A DNA stretch of 64,000 bases from an archaeon GW2011_AR20 (GCA_000830315.1 CP010426.1:738496-802495); one strand, 5' to 3'; numbered from the stretch's first letter, positions 19,381 through 29,703 are shown. Notes: a model not told the origin generated them from the sequence alone. Numbers and translations: made by a program.

Positions 19381-20091
19381 ATGATAAACAAAATACTAAT
19401 TGATGAAACAGGAAATAGATATTACTGGAGTAAGGGAGATTTAAGTACCCATCTTGGAATTATAAAAGAAGGCAAAATTAAAAAGGCAAAATCAGACGTT
19501 AAAAGCAATTTAGGAAAGAAATTTTTAGTTCTTAAAGCAAATTTTTTAGATAATATTCATAAAATAAAAAAAGGGACTGCAATGGTTAATTTGAAGGATA
19601 TTGGGGCAATTTTAGTTTACGCCGGAATTGATAAAGAAAGTGCTGTATTAGAAGCCGGCTCTGGCTCTGGGCAATTAACCTCGTTTTTAGCAAGATTTGC
19701 GAAAAAGGTTTATAGTTATGAAAAGAATAAAGATTACTATAACCTGACTAAAAAAAACCTGGAATTTCTTGATATTAAGAACGTTGAATTAAAGAATTTA
19801 GATATTAAAAAAAGCAGGGAAAGAAATATTGATTTGGTTGTTTTAGATTTGCTTGATCCATGGAATTATGCCATTGTTGCAAAAAAGGCCTTAAAGAAAT
19901 CCGGATATTTGGCTGCTTATTTAACAAACGTGAACCAGATTACGGAATTGGTCAAAAATTTAAATGGGTTTATCTTAGAAAGAATAATCAATATCAAAGA
20001 GGAAAACTGGATCTCTAAAGGAATTGTATTAAGGCCAGAGCATTGGTCTTTATCGCATACTGCTTTTTTATTGTTTGCTAGAAAAAGATAA
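19381..20091 (+). CDS. trmI: tRNA (adenine-57/58-N1)-methyltransferase
   Basis: VLEAGSGSG, VLDLLDPW, RPEH..SHTAFLLFARK. Confidence 0.85.
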   Translation: MINKILIDETGNRYYWSKGDLSTHLGIIKEGKIKKAKSDVKSNLGKKFLVLKANFLDNIHKIKKGTAMVNLKDIGAILVYAGIDKESAVLEAGSGSGQLTSFLARFAKKVYSYEKNKDYYNLTKKNLEFLDIKNVELKNLDIKKSRERNIDLVVLDLLDPWNYAIVAKKALKKSGYLAAYLTNVNQITELVKNLNGFILERIINIKEENWISKGIVLRPEHWSLSHTAFLLFARKR

Positions 20092-20196
20092 ATTTAAAAA
20101 CTCTTAATTCTTAACTAAGCCAGAACTTATTTGCTTATTCTAAATTCTGACTTAGTTAAAGTAAGAAAAATTTGAGGATTTAAAAAGGTTTTGAAA

Positions 20197-22008
20197 ATGA
20201 AAGAAATAGAAAAATTAGTGCCGGACACAAGCATAATAATAGAGGGTTTGGTATCAAAAAAAATTGAAAGTAATGAGCTTAAGGTAGAGGAAATCCTGAT
20301 TCATGAGGCAATATTGGCAGAATTAGAGCATCAGGCAAATCAAGGACGCAGCATAGGATTGCTTGGATTAGATGAACTAAAAAAAATACGTGATTTAAGC
20401 GAACAGGGAAAATTCCAGTTAAGATTTGCGGGAAGAAGACCGGGAGCAGCTGAAATAAGGCATGCTTCTTTGGGAGAAATTGATTCCTTAATAAGAGAAT
20501 TGGCATATGATGAAGGTGCAACATTATTAACAGGAGACAAAGTTCAGAGCAAGGTTGGAGAAGCCAAGGGAGTAAAAGTTATTTATGTCCAGCCTGAAAT
20601 AAAACCAAAGAAACTTACAATAGACAAGTATTTCGATAATACAACAATGAGCGTGCATTTGCGAGAGAATATTTATCCTTATGCAAAGAAGGGATTCCCT
20701 GGAAACTGGAAATTTACTGTATTAAGCCAGGAATTATTAAAACAGGAAGAGATAATAGAGATTTCAAAAGAAATCATTGAAGAGGCTAAAATAAGAACAG
20801 ACGGGTTCATTGAAACAGAAAGAAGAGGATCAACAATTGTTCAGTTGGGAGATTACAGAATTGTAATTACAAGACCGCCTTTCTCAGATGCGTGGGAAAT
20901 AACATGTGTAAAACCAATTAAGAAAACAGTTTTGGAAGATTATGAATTAAGCGAGAAATTAAGAAGCAGGATAGAAAAGCAGGCAGAGGGAATTTTAATA
21001 GCAGGAAGTCCTGGACACGGAAAATCAACATTTGCAAGCGCATTGGCTGAATTTTATGTCAGCAAGGAAAAAACAGTAAAGACAATTGAAGCCCCAAGAG
21101 ACCTGCAATTAAGCGAGAATGTTACGCAATATTCAATCTCATACGGAAGTTCCCAAGAAATTCATGATGTCTTATTATTATCGAGGCCAGACTACACAAT
21201 ATTTGATGAGATGAGGAACATTGAAGATTTCAGATTATTTGCAGACTTAAGATTGGCAGGAATAGGTTTAGCCGGAATAATTCATGCAAATGATCCAATA
21301 GATGCAATACAGAGATTTATTGGAAAAACTGAATTGGGATTGATACCGCATATTATTGACACTGTTATTTTCATTAAAAACGGGCATGTAAATAAGATTT
21401 TAAGTTTGAAGATGGTTGTCAAAGTTCCTAGCGGAATGATAGAGGCTGATTTAGCACGTCCGGTTGTAGATGTTCTGGATTTCGAGACAAATAAATTAGA
21501 ATATGAAATTTATAGTTATGGGGAAGAGACAATTGTTGTTCCTGTTACAAGTTCAAGCAGCATTTCTCCTGCAAAGAAACTTGCAATGAAGCATATTGAA
21601 AATGAGTTAAAAAGATACGCGGATGATGTAAAAGTTGAATTTATCTCAGATAATTCTATAAATATTTTTGTCCCAGAAGACGACATCGCAAGGATAATAG
21701 GAAGAGAAGGAAAAACAATTGATGAAATTGAGAAGAGACTGGGATTAAGCATAAGCGTTAATGCACTGAAAAACGAGGAATACGGGAATGATGTTGATTT
21801 TACAATAAAGGATGATAAAAAGAACCTGATATTTTACATGAATAATAAATTAAGCAATAAGAGGGTTGATTTCTATATTGACAATGAAAGAATTTTCTCG
21901 GCAAATGTCGGGCATAAAGGAGAAATAAAAATAAATAAAAAAAGCTTCCCTGGAAAGACATTGCTCGATATGATTGATAAAGGAAAGCAGGTTAAGTTAA
22001 AAATATAA
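20197..22008 (+). CDS. PIN-domain P-loop ATPase with KH domain (PINA)
   Basis: VPDTS PIN start, GSPGHGKS, FDEMR, IIGREG KH motif. Confidence 0.9.
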   Translation: MKEIEKLVPDTSIIIEGLVSKKIESNELKVEEILIHEAILAELEHQANQGRSIGLLGLDELKKIRDLSEQGKFQLRFAGRRPGAAEIRHASLGEIDSLIRELAYDEGATLLTGDKVQSKVGEAKGVKVIYVQPEIKPKKLTIDKYFDNTTMSVHLRENIYPYAKKGFPGNWKFTVLSQELLKQEEIIEISKEIIEEAKIRTDGFIETERRGSTIVQLGDYRIVITRPPFSDAWEITCVKPIKKTVLEDYELSEKLRSRIEKQAEGILIAGSPGHGKSTFASALAEFYVSKEKTVKTIEAPRDLQLSENVTQYSISYGSSQEIHDVLLLSRPDYTIFDEMRNIEDFRLFADLRLAGIGLAGIIHANDPIDAIQRFIGKTELGLIPHIIDTVIFIKNGHVNKILSLKMVVKVPSGMIEADLARPVVDVLDFETNKLEYEIYSYGEETIVVPVTSSSSISPAKKLAMKHIENELKRYADDVKVEFISDNSINIFVPEDDIARIIGREGKTIDEIEKRLGLSISVNALKNEEYGNDVDFTIKDDKKNLIFYMNNKLSNKRVDFYIDNERIFSANVGHKGEIKINKKSFPGKTLLDMIDKGKQVKLKI

Positions 22009-22047
22009 GCAAAAACTATTTAAGCAAATTAAACTTAATTCTAACAA

Positions 22048-23193
22048 ATGAAACGGGTATTCATCGTTCATGGCTGGGATTTTAATCCTGAAGTAAATTG
22101 GTATCCCTGGTTAAAAAAAGAGCTAGAAAAGAAAGGATTCAAGGTAATTGTTCCTGAAATGCCCAATACATCTGAACCTAAAATAAATGCATGGGTTTCA
22201 TATTTAAAAAAGGTTGTTGGCAAGTTAGACGAAGAAACTTATTTTATAGGCCATAGCATTGGATGCCAAACAATAATGAGATTTTTAGAAAAAGAAAATT
22301 ATAAAGGTAAAATTGGAAAGGTAATATTTGTTGCTGGATGGTTTAAATTAGACAATTTGGAAAATGATGAAGTAAAAGAAATAGCCAATCCTTGGACTAA
22401 TACTCAAATTAATTTCAATAAAGTAAAACAAAAATTAAGCAGCCTAATTGTATTTTTGTCAAGCAATGAACCTTATGGATTTGTAGATTACAATGCGAGA
22501 ACATTTAGAGAAAAAATTGGTGCTAAGGTAATTATAGAAAATAACAAAGGCCACTTCACAGAAGACGATGGCGTTAAAGAAGTTCCTGAAATTTTAAAAG
22601 AAATTCAAGATAAGACCAAGGTTAATTGTATTATAGTTCATGGGTCTAATCCCTCAAAGAAGTCTGCTATGCAAGGAAAACCAGAAAATATGAGGCATTG
22701 GAAACCTTGGCTGAAGAAAAATTTGAAAAAATTTGGCATAGAAACTTCTAATCAACTGTATCCTGAAGATTGGCTTCCAAATTATGAAAAATGGAAAAAT
22801 GTTTTTGAAAAAAATATTATAAATAATAACACTACTTTAGTCGGCCATAGTGCCGGTACTGCATTTATCTTAAGATGGTTAAGCGAAAATAAAAGAAAGG
22901 TTGATAAGGTCATTTTAATTGCCCCATCAGTTATTAAAAGCGGAAAGTATTTTGAAAGAAGCAAGTTAAAGGATTTTAGCTATGATTCTTCCTTAAAAAA
23001 ATATTTCAACAAACTTGTGATATTTTATTCTGACGATGATGATGAACATATAATTAAAAGTGCAAAAAAAGTTCATAAGATATTGGGTGGAAAATTAATT
23101 AATCTTAAAGAAAGGGGGCATTTTACTTTAGATGATATGGGAACAGAAAAATTCCCGGAGTTATTAAAAGAAATATTAAAAATCTCCAAATAA
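22048..23193 (+). CDS. Tandem double RBBP9/YdeN-family alpha/beta hydrolase
   Basis: Two HG...GHSxG...GHF units (GHSIG, GHSAG). Confidence 0.85.
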   Translation: MKRVFIVHGWDFNPEVNWYPWLKKELEKKGFKVIVPEMPNTSEPKINAWVSYLKKVVGKLDEETYFIGHSIGCQTIMRFLEKENYKGKIGKVIFVAGWFKLDNLENDEVKEIANPWTNTQINFNKVKQKLSSLIVFLSSNEPYGFVDYNARTFREKIGAKVIIENNKGHFTEDDGVKEVPEILKEIQDKTKVNCIIVHGSNPSKKSAMQGKPENMRHWKPWLKKNLKKFGIETSNQLYPEDWLPNYEKWKNVFEKNIINNNTTLVGHSAGTAFILRWLSENKRKVDKVILIAPSVIKSGKYFERSKLKDFSYDSSLKKYFNKLVIFYSDDDDEHIIKSAKKVHKILGGKLINLKERGHFTLDDMGTEKFPELLKEILKISK

Positions 23194-23230
23194 AAACCTT
23201 TTTAATATTGTTAATTAAAGAAATTCTCAA

Positions 23231-23321
23231 GGGCTCGTGGCGCAGCTTGGATATAAAAATTACCAAAGAGCGCAAAAGGTTCCTAACCTTTAGGTCGTGG
23301 GTTCAAATCCCACCGGGCCCG
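23231..23321 (+). tRNA. tRNA-Arg(CCU) with a 16-nt D-loop intron (23253-23268)
   Basis: GGGCTCG/CGGGCCC-G, AAAGG-TTCCTAA-CCTTT; TTGG/CCAA helix with ATA/AGA bulges. Confidence 0.92.
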
Positions 23322-24296
23322 TTAATAAGTTTTGTAATCTAACTTGATGTCTTCAATCTTGCCCAGGTTAATGCCGCGCACCCTTAGTTTATTCAAGACA
23401 TTTTTAACCAGCTCTGTCTTATGGAGATTAGCAACATCGTAATCAACCAGATATCTGGCCTTAAAGACAATCCCCTTCTCATTCATATTAACCCTCACTA
23501 TAATATCTTCATACTCTTTGGCCTCATCTTTAAACATCTTCTTCACATCTGGTTTAATATTTTTGTTATAATAATTCTGAACAGTTTTATTAAAAATTTT
23601 ATATGCTTTTTTCCAGTCGCTTTGATATGTAATATAGACCTGCAAAACATCCCAGACATAACTGGTTTCTTTTGTAGAATTTGTTACAGCTGTTGTAAGA
23701 ACGAATTCATTTGGAATTGAAATTGATTTTCCGGTCGGATCTCCCTCGGGGTTTAACTCTGCAAGATTAGTATACATGACCTTGATATCATGCACCCTTC
23801 CATTAGTATTATTTATTGAGATAATATCTCCAACCTGATACGTCTTGCTAAAAATAATGGTCATCCAGCCGACAAAGTTTAATATTGGCTTTTGCAGCGC
23901 AATTGTCACCCCGAAGCCAATTAATCCCAAAGAGGTGATTAATGAACCAAGCTGCTTAAATAACAGGGATAATGTCACAAAAATAACCAAGACCCATACA
24001 AGATACCTGTATAAAGTTAAAACCAGATTGATATTTCTTTTGGTTCTTCCTATCCTCTCCAAATACCTTCTTATTAATCTAGAGGTTAATTTAATGAATA
24101 AATAAGTGACTGCAGAAACTATCAAAAATATTAATATGCTTTCTATGCTTTCCTTATTAACATTCAAAAAATCAAAGAGTTCGTTTAAATAACCAAACCC
24201 CCCTGTCTTTAAAATTATGTAAGCAAAAATAATCAGCAATAATAAAACCACGGGAATAAATACGCTGTTAAAAGAACTCTTTTTTTCAAGCATCAT
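23322..24296 (-). CDS. Small-conductance mechanosensitive channel (MscS family)
   Basis: GLIGFGVTIALQ..ILNFVG, YQVGDII, ISIPN. Confidence 0.85.
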   Translation of the reverse strand: MMLEKKSSFNSVFIPVVLLLLIIFAYIILKTGGFGYLNELFDFLNVNKESIESILIFLIVSAVTYLFIKLTSRLIRRYLERIGRTKRNINLVLTLYRYLVWVLVIFVTLSLLFKQLGSLITSLGLIGFGVTIALQKPILNFVGWMTIIFSKTYQVGDIISINNTNGRVHDIKVMYTNLAELNPEGDPTGKSISIPNEFVLTTAVTNSTKETSYVWDVLQVYITYQSDWKKAYKIFNKTVQNYYNKNIKPDVKKMFKDEAKEYEDIIVRVNMNEKGIVFKARYLVDYDVANLHKTELVKNVLNKLRVRGINLGKIEDIKLDYKTY

Positions 24297-24367
24297 AATT
24301 TTAAACTGAATTACCTATTTAAATTCTTTTTCATTAGGTTTATATATCAATTAAGACAAATAATTTC

Positions 24368-24802
24368 ATGAATGAATATCTAATTTTAATTTACATCCTA
24401 TTAATGTTTATAGCACTGGCTTTTGCAGAAGGCTATACAGAAGGGAGATATGGCTGGGCAGCCCGTTCTTATGGGTGGAAAATTAATTTTTTCAAAAGAA
24501 AATTAACAGCATATCATTTCTGGATGTGGATAATTTTATTGCCAATGGCATTAATATTCCCGTTGATCATTTACGGCTTTAATCTGAAATTGCTCGGGAT
24601 AATATTGGCCGGTTATTTTCTTGGTTCTGTGGTAAACGACATTTCCTGGTATATTGTAAATCCAAAAGTCACATTAAAAGATTTTAATCCGAAATTTGCA
24701 GCATGGTACCATTGGTGGAACATTCTTGGAATAAAAATTCCTGATTTTTACATATTTTATCCCATAATAGCAATTATCATCTGGCTATTGTTTGTAATAT
24801 AA
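24368..24802 (+). CDS. Hypothetical multi-TM membrane protein
   Basis: Several hydrophobic helices. Confidence 0.65.
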   Translation: MNEYLILIYILLMFIALAFAEGYTEGRYGWAARSYGWKINFFKRKLTAYHFWMWIILLPMALIFPLIIYGFNLKLLGIILAGYFLGSVVNDISWYIVNPKVTLKDFNPKFAAWYHWWNILGIKIPDFYIFYPIIAIIIWLLFVI

Positions 24803-25862
24803 TTTCGGCTGCTTCAATTGCCCCGTTCTTGCTTATCTGGTAATTCTTCAAATTATTTTGCAGGCTTTCTAAATTATTTAATAACTTGTCAATTTTATTT
24901 CTCATGTAGATTAATCCAAGATTTTCCATATCGCCCTTAATACAGTAATCATTCATCAAGTAAGAATTTTGATATTGCTCAAGATAATAAGGAATTGGAA
25001 ATATCAAGCTTGGCTTTTTATAGACTAAGGCTTCGCTTAAAGTGCAATGGCCTGCTAAACCTATTAATGCATTGCTTATTTTTAGGTACTCGAGAAAATT
25101 CGGCTGAAATGGCAATATTGTAACGTTGCTTGATTTTGGCTGTAAATTAACCCCAAATACAATAAAGCTTTCATCATAGTAATGCGCAACATTGATTATG
25201 TTTTTTACCAATTTTAATCCAAATTTTGCCCCCCCGATTGTTATCAAGATAGGCTGCTTGTTAAATCCAAACTCGTGCATTAATCTTGTTTCTAGGGGCA
25301 ATGCCTGCGGCAAATCCCTGATTATCGGGTTAACATAATTTATCTTGCCTTCTCTTCTTGCCGGCTGGGTTAGAACAGGAATAATGGTCTGAGAAGCATT
25401 TTTATGTGCATATGAAACAGCTTTTTTGATGATGTAGGTGTATAAGCCAAAATTTTGTTCAAATCTTGCATTATGCAAATCCAAATTATAGATGTAAACT
25501 GATCTTGTGTTTGTTGCTTTAGCAGCTACAATGCCTTCCGGCTCTGCATCACTTATTACAACATCTGGCTTGAATTTATTAATCAGTTCTTTTATTTTTT
25601 TAATGTTATTAAAATATTGGAATGGGTAAAATAAATTAGAGAAAATGACTTTTGTTGCGTCCACCTCTGATTTTGCGTCTGGGAACTTCTGTCCTATAAT
25701 CTCTGTTAGGGGAAATCTCTTCTTGAAGTAATTCAAAGCCAATCCATACGTTGCAATCTTAATTTCTGCATCCTTATCCTTTCTTAATAATTCGCGTATT
25801 ACAGCTTCCTCCCTCATCAAATGCCCGAATCCGATTCCTGTTATTACAAACAAGTATTTCAT
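24777..25862 (-). CDS. GT-B glycosyltransferase (GT28/MJ1255-like)
   Basis: GIGFGHLMR, VVISDAEP, AGHCTLSEAL, EQYQN. Confidence 0.85.
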   Translation of the reverse strand: MKYLFVITGIGFGHLMREEAVIRELLRKDKDAEIKIATYGLALNYFKKRFPLTEIIGQKFPDAKSEVDATKVIFSNLFYPFQYFNNIKKIKELINKFKPDVVISDAEPEGIVAAKATNTRSVYIYNLDLHNARFEQNFGLYTYIIKKAVSYAHKNASQTIIPVLTQPARREGKINYVNPIIRDLPQALPLETRLMHEFGFNKQPILITIGGAKFGLKLVKNIINVAHYYDESFIVFGVNLQPKSSNVTILPFQPNFLEYLKISNALIGLAGHCTLSEALVYKKPSLIFPIPYYLEQYQNSYLMNDYCIKGDMENLGLIYMRNKIDKLLNNLESLQNNLKNYQISKNGAIEAAEIILQTIAR

Positions 25863-25863
25863 T

Positions 25864-26547
25864 TTATTCCTTGATTAATTCTTTTAACATATTTAAACTT
25901 TTTAAGTCAACATCATATTTCTTTTCTATAAAAACGCCTTTAAAACTATCCATAAAACCCTTGTCATTAATTAATGAAAATAATTTTTCAATGTTTTTTC
26001 TAATTAATTTTTTATCCCCCCTAAAAATTAAACTTTTTATTAAATCTATATTGATATTTTTACTTAGCGCAACAATATCCCTTAAATCAGTCAATCTTCC
26101 AGCGTGTAATTTAAAAATTATTAAGATTTCTTTATCTGGAACTAAACAACTTACTTCTTTTTCAGTTCCGGTAATTTTCCTGTTTTTAGAATATTTTTTA
26201 ACTTCATTAAAGCTAAAAGAAGCGTTAGTACCTCTAGAGCCGATGCCATCAATAAGTAAATCCACACTTACCTTAGGTTTTTCTTTAGTTTCATAACGAA
26301 TAAACTGTGGAGCATAAACATAATCTAAATTCTTGACGATTGTTTTAACAAATTCATTGTTCTTAAGTATCTCTTCAATTTTAGGTTTATCTTCTTTCTT
26401 AATGATTAAATCAGCATCTACTGAAAATCTGTGCTTATATGAACTTACACCATAGCCCCCCACTACAATAAAATCTATTTTATTTTTGATTAATTCTTGC
26501 AAAGTTTCAAAAATTTTATTTTCTCTTTTTATAAATTCATCAAACAT
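25864..26547 (-). CDS. Nucleotidyltransferase, AbiEii/type IV TA toxin-like
   Basis: VVGGYGV...FSVDADL, KLHAGRLTDLRD. Confidence 0.75.
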   Translation of the reverse strand: MFDEFIKRENKIFETLQELIKNKIDFIVVGGYGVSSYKHRFSVDADLIIKKEDKPKIEEILKNNEFVKTIVKNLDYVYAPQFIRYETKEKPKVSVDLLIDGIGSRGTNASFSFNEVKKYSKNRKITGTEKEVSCLVPDKEILIIFKLHAGRLTDLRDIVALSKNINIDLIKSLIFRGDKKLIRKNIEKLFSLINDKGFMDSFKGVFIEKKYDVDLKSLNMLKELIKE

Positions 26548-27193
26548 TGGTCATTACCTCTTTATACTTAACTTTTAATTTTTTACCATACATCTCATTA
26601 ATCATCTCCAAAGCTGGTTCAAAATTATATTTATTTTTTAACATAAATTTAATTGTGTCGTTTAAAGAATCAACCGGAATATTATCACAATAACTAACCT
26701 CAAAGTCATCCAAGTAATTAACCATATAAAAAATCTTATTATTTTTATTTATTCTTAAACCCAATTTTTTACAATAATCTTCAAATAAATTTTTATTCTC
26801 TTTCTTTACTTTGATAAAAATTGGGTAATAATTCTTGTACCTTGAGATATTATAGCCCCCTTTAGTCCAAATAAATACACCATCTGTATTGGTAAAACAG
26901 TATTTTATCCCAAATAAGCTCAATGCATTGTAATAAAAACTAACATTATTGCTTAACACTTCCTTAATATATTTCAAGGTTCTTCTATAAAATTCATTAT
27001 CATCATTTAAACAAACATTCATCCTTGTCAATTCTAATACGTTTAAATTTACTAATTTCTTTATCCAGTTATGAGTCCAGCCGTAGCTTAAATTAATTCT
27101 CTTAGAGATAGCATTGATTGAATCTTTATTCCTCACGCTAATTAAAATTCTTAATACATATGGGTTAATTAACTCTAAATTCATACTTATCAT
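26540..27193 (-). CDS. Winged-HTH protein, AbiEi/type IV TA antitoxin-like
   Basis: N-terminal HTH (SINAISKRINLSYGWTHNWIKKL); near-palindrome CTTATCATTATAGTGATAAG at 27186-27205; overlaps the NTase gene. Confidence 0.65.
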   Translation of the reverse strand: MISMNLELINPYVLRILISVRNKDSINAISKRINLSYGWTHNWIKKLVNLNVLELTRMNVCLNDDNEFYRRTLKYIKEVLSNNVSFYYNALSLFGIKYCFTNTDGVFIWTKGGYNISRYKNYYPIFIKVKKENKNLFEDYCKKLGLRINKNNKIFYMVNYLDDFEVSYCDNIPVDSLNDTIKFMLKNKYNFEPALEMINEMYGKKLKVKYKEVMTNV

Positions 27194-27375
27194 TATAGTG
27201 ATAAGGAATATATAAAGCTTTTGGTTTTAAAGTTTCTAGAATTTGATATTCATTTTATTTTGTAAACTACCCTTTCAGTATTAATTTTATTAATTTTAAC
27301 CTCATTGAAAAGGGTAAGTATTAAATAGATTATTAATACTCTTATTATATAAATGTTTTTAGGGGGATTGAAAAA

Positions 27376-27522
27376 ATGTTAAAAAGAAAGTTGCAACAAA
27401 TGAAACAAGGGCAATATTTTCTTACAATACCTAGCCAAATTGTCAGATTAAAGCAATGGAATAAGCAAGATGAGATATTGTTCGAAATAGATGTTAAGGG
27501 CAATATTGTTTTAAGAAAATGA
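27376..27522 (+). CDS. AbrB/MazE-like small DNA-binding protein (48 aa, not in ORF track)
   Basis: MLKRKLQQMKQGQYFLTIPSQIVRLKQWNKQDEILFEIDVKGNIVLRK; GGGGG SD; ATGA overlap with the next gene. Confidence 0.75.
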   Translation: MLKRKLQQMKQGQYFLTIPSQIVRLKQWNKQDEILFEIDVKGNIVLRK

Positions 27523-28112
27523 GCGGTAGGGAATCTTGGAATTTCTTGAATTTATTACCAGATATAATTAAAGAAAAAATTAGTGATATGGGTTTAAGCG
27601 AGAAAGAAGTAAATGAAATTATTAAAATATGGAATAACCAAATATCTAATAAAAATACCCAAATTGAAACAGAAATTGTAAAAAACATTAAAGATTTAAT
27701 TTCACAAGATTTTTGTGTTGATAGAATTATCATGGATAGGGTAAAAGAAGCGATGGATCATTATGTTAAAGGGCAATGGGTCTCTTCTATTGCTCTTTGT
27801 GGTTTAATATGTGAATATCTTTCTTATATTATGATTGAAGAATATATCAAAAGAAATGGAATAGATGGGATAATAAAATATAATAAAGAACTTTCTAATC
27901 AATATGGTCGCCTTAAATTACTCGGAAAATTGAAATTTATAACAGAATACCAACGTAAGTCATTAGATCAGATTAGAGATATAAGAAATAAGTATGTACA
28001 TTTAGAAAGGATTAATGAGATTGCTGGAAGAATAAAGGAAGATAATTTTATTATTATAACAAATTTAATAAAATTTTTAAATGAAAAATATCCTAGACCA
28101 GAAGTTATTTGA
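27519..28112 (+). CDS. Putative HEPN-domain RNase
   Basis: SSIALCGLICE helix and Rx4H motif IRNKYVH. Confidence 0.6.
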   Translation: MSGRESWNFLNLLPDIIKEKISDMGLSEKEVNEIIKIWNNQISNKNTQIETEIVKNIKDLISQDFCVDRIIMDRVKEAMDHYVKGQWVSSIALCGLICEYLSYIMIEEYIKRNGIDGIIKYNKELSNQYGRLKLLGKLKFITEYQRKSLDQIRDIRNKYVHLERINEIAGRIKEDNFIIITNLIKFLNEKYPRPEVI

Positions 28113-28175
28113 TAATATTAAAAAAATATTGCAATGCTTTATTTTCTTAACCAAAAATACTTAATAACCCTCAAT

Positions 28176-28991
28176 TTATATTCTAAACAATTTTCTAAAT
28201 AAACCATTAAATATTCCTTCATATAATAATACTACAATTAAACCTAACCCAATTGTATCTAATAATTTTTGCAAAAATAGATATTTTTTTAATTTGGGAT
28301 TAAATGTAATAAATATGTTATCTGCATCTTCGAATTCATATGCTTTGTAATTATCCGCTTTTATTGGACTATCTTCTTTGATCTTTTCTTTTGCAGTAAC
28401 AACAGAAAAACAACCTTCGCCACAGGTATAACCAAGTAGGCTATTGTCATAGTAGAACCAAATTTTATCAAGTTTTATTCCCCCACCACCTAAGATTCTA
28501 AATCTGTTATAAATATAATCTTTAAGTTCGAAAACAGCTTTTATATCATATATCTCACCAAATTCCATATCATTACCTTTTATGCGTACTTGAATTCCGT
28601 TTTTATTATTGTAATGAGGATAAGTTGTATTAATATAAAGTTTATTTTTTATATCTTCATTTGGATCATTAGCAGATTTAATTTCTAAGCTTTGTAAATT
28701 TAAAGTATCGGGAGGATAAATATAAATTTCGGCTATTTTAAAATTACATTTTTTTATAAAAGAATTAGAGGTTCTTAATTGTTTATTTTCAAAGTCAAAG
28801 ATTATTAAAGAAGATGAAAAATGTGAGAAACAACTTTCATTATCTGAATATTTATGTAAATTTAAATAAAATTCATCTGCAACTGGTCTTGGATATAATC
28901 TATTTTCTACTTTCTCACTAGTATAGAAGTATATTATAAACACTAAAAATGCTATTAATATTAATAGAATGCCTTTATATAAATTCTTCAT
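28176..28991 (-). CDS. Hypothetical membrane protein (N- and C-terminal TM)
   Basis: Hydrophobic termini flanking a soluble domain. Confidence 0.65.
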   Translation of the reverse strand: MKNLYKGILLILIAFLVFIIYFYTSEKVENRLYPRPVADEFYLNLHKYSDNESCFSHFSSSLIIFDFENKQLRTSNSFIKKCNFKIAEIYIYPPDTLNLQSLEIKSANDPNEDIKNKLYINTTYPHYNNKNGIQVRIKGNDMEFGEIYDIKAVFELKDYIYNRFRILGGGGIKLDKIWFYYDNSLLGYTCGEGCFSVVTAKEKIKEDSPIKADNYKAYEFEDADNIFITFNPKLKKYLFLQKLLDTIGLGLIVVLLYEGIFNGLFRKLFRI

Positions 28992-29212
28992 TTTACTGGT
29001 TCCAAGTATTTCACACGAAAAACAATTTTATCCCAATTCTTACAACTTGGAAATTCTACTTGATATACAAAACTATTTTCATATGGGTATTCAAGCAATA
29101 ACCCTCTAATTATTCCAATGCTACCCTTTTTTATAATAATATCTTCACCATTTACATTTGCTTTAAAATCTTTATATACTCTTACTTTTTGTCCTATTCT
29201 TTTTCTTGCCAT
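28988..29212 (-). CDS. Small hypothetical protein (possible SH3-like fold)
   Basis: IGQKVRV...KGSIGII...YQVEF pattern; translationally coupled to neighbours. Confidence 0.55.
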   Translation of the reverse strand: MARKRIGQKVRVYKDFKANVNGEDIIIKKGSIGIIRGLLLEYPYENSFVYQVEFPSCKNWDKIVFRVKYLEPVK

Positions 29213-29213
29213 T

Positions 29214-29591
29214 TTATTTTATACCAAATATTTTACTAATAATTGCTATTATTATAATTAATCCCAAAAGATAACCCGCTATATGCATATTATTTTTAAT
29301 TGTTTTTTTAAGTTCTGGGTCATTTACATCTTTAGATAAATCCTCACCAGCTTTATCAAAAGCACTTTGAATTTCGTTATCCGCTTCCTTACCGCTTTGA
29401 ATAGCAATTTGCTGTGATTGAATTGTCAAGTTTTCTTTTAATTCTTCTAAATTAGAAATTTCCTTTTGGATATTAAAACCAGTAGTTAGATAAATTATCC
29501 CAAAGATAATATATGTAATGAAAGAACCGATTAATAAAGTCTTAAGCCAAGTAGGCATTTCTTCCCAAGTATTACTAATTTCATCTAGCAT
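29214..29591 (-). CDS. Two-TM membrane protein with helical linker
   Basis: Hydrophobic segments at both ends. Confidence 0.65.
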   Translation of the reverse strand: MLDEISNTWEEMPTWLKTLLIGSFITYIIFGIIYLTTGFNIQKEISNLEELKENLTIQSQQIAIQSGKEADNEIQSAFDKAGEDLSKDVNDPELKKTIKNNMHIAGYLLGLIIIIAIISKIFGIK

Positions 29592-29703
29592 ATTAATTAA
29601 ACTTAAAAATGGATTATGTTAAAGGATTTAAAGGTTTTTATCCCTCAAAAAGTTCTTTCCATAATCTGTTAATTCTAAAGAAGTATAAGGTCTACCATTT
29701 CAT

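Larger units (their letters stand above)
25858..27259. mobile_element. Integrase-free TA cassette flanked by an 11-bp direct repeat TTCATTTTATT
   Basis: Repeat at 25858-25868 and 27249-27259 corresponds to the deacetylase stop / glycosyltransferase start overlap (AATAAAATGAA on the minus strand). Confidence 0.55.
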
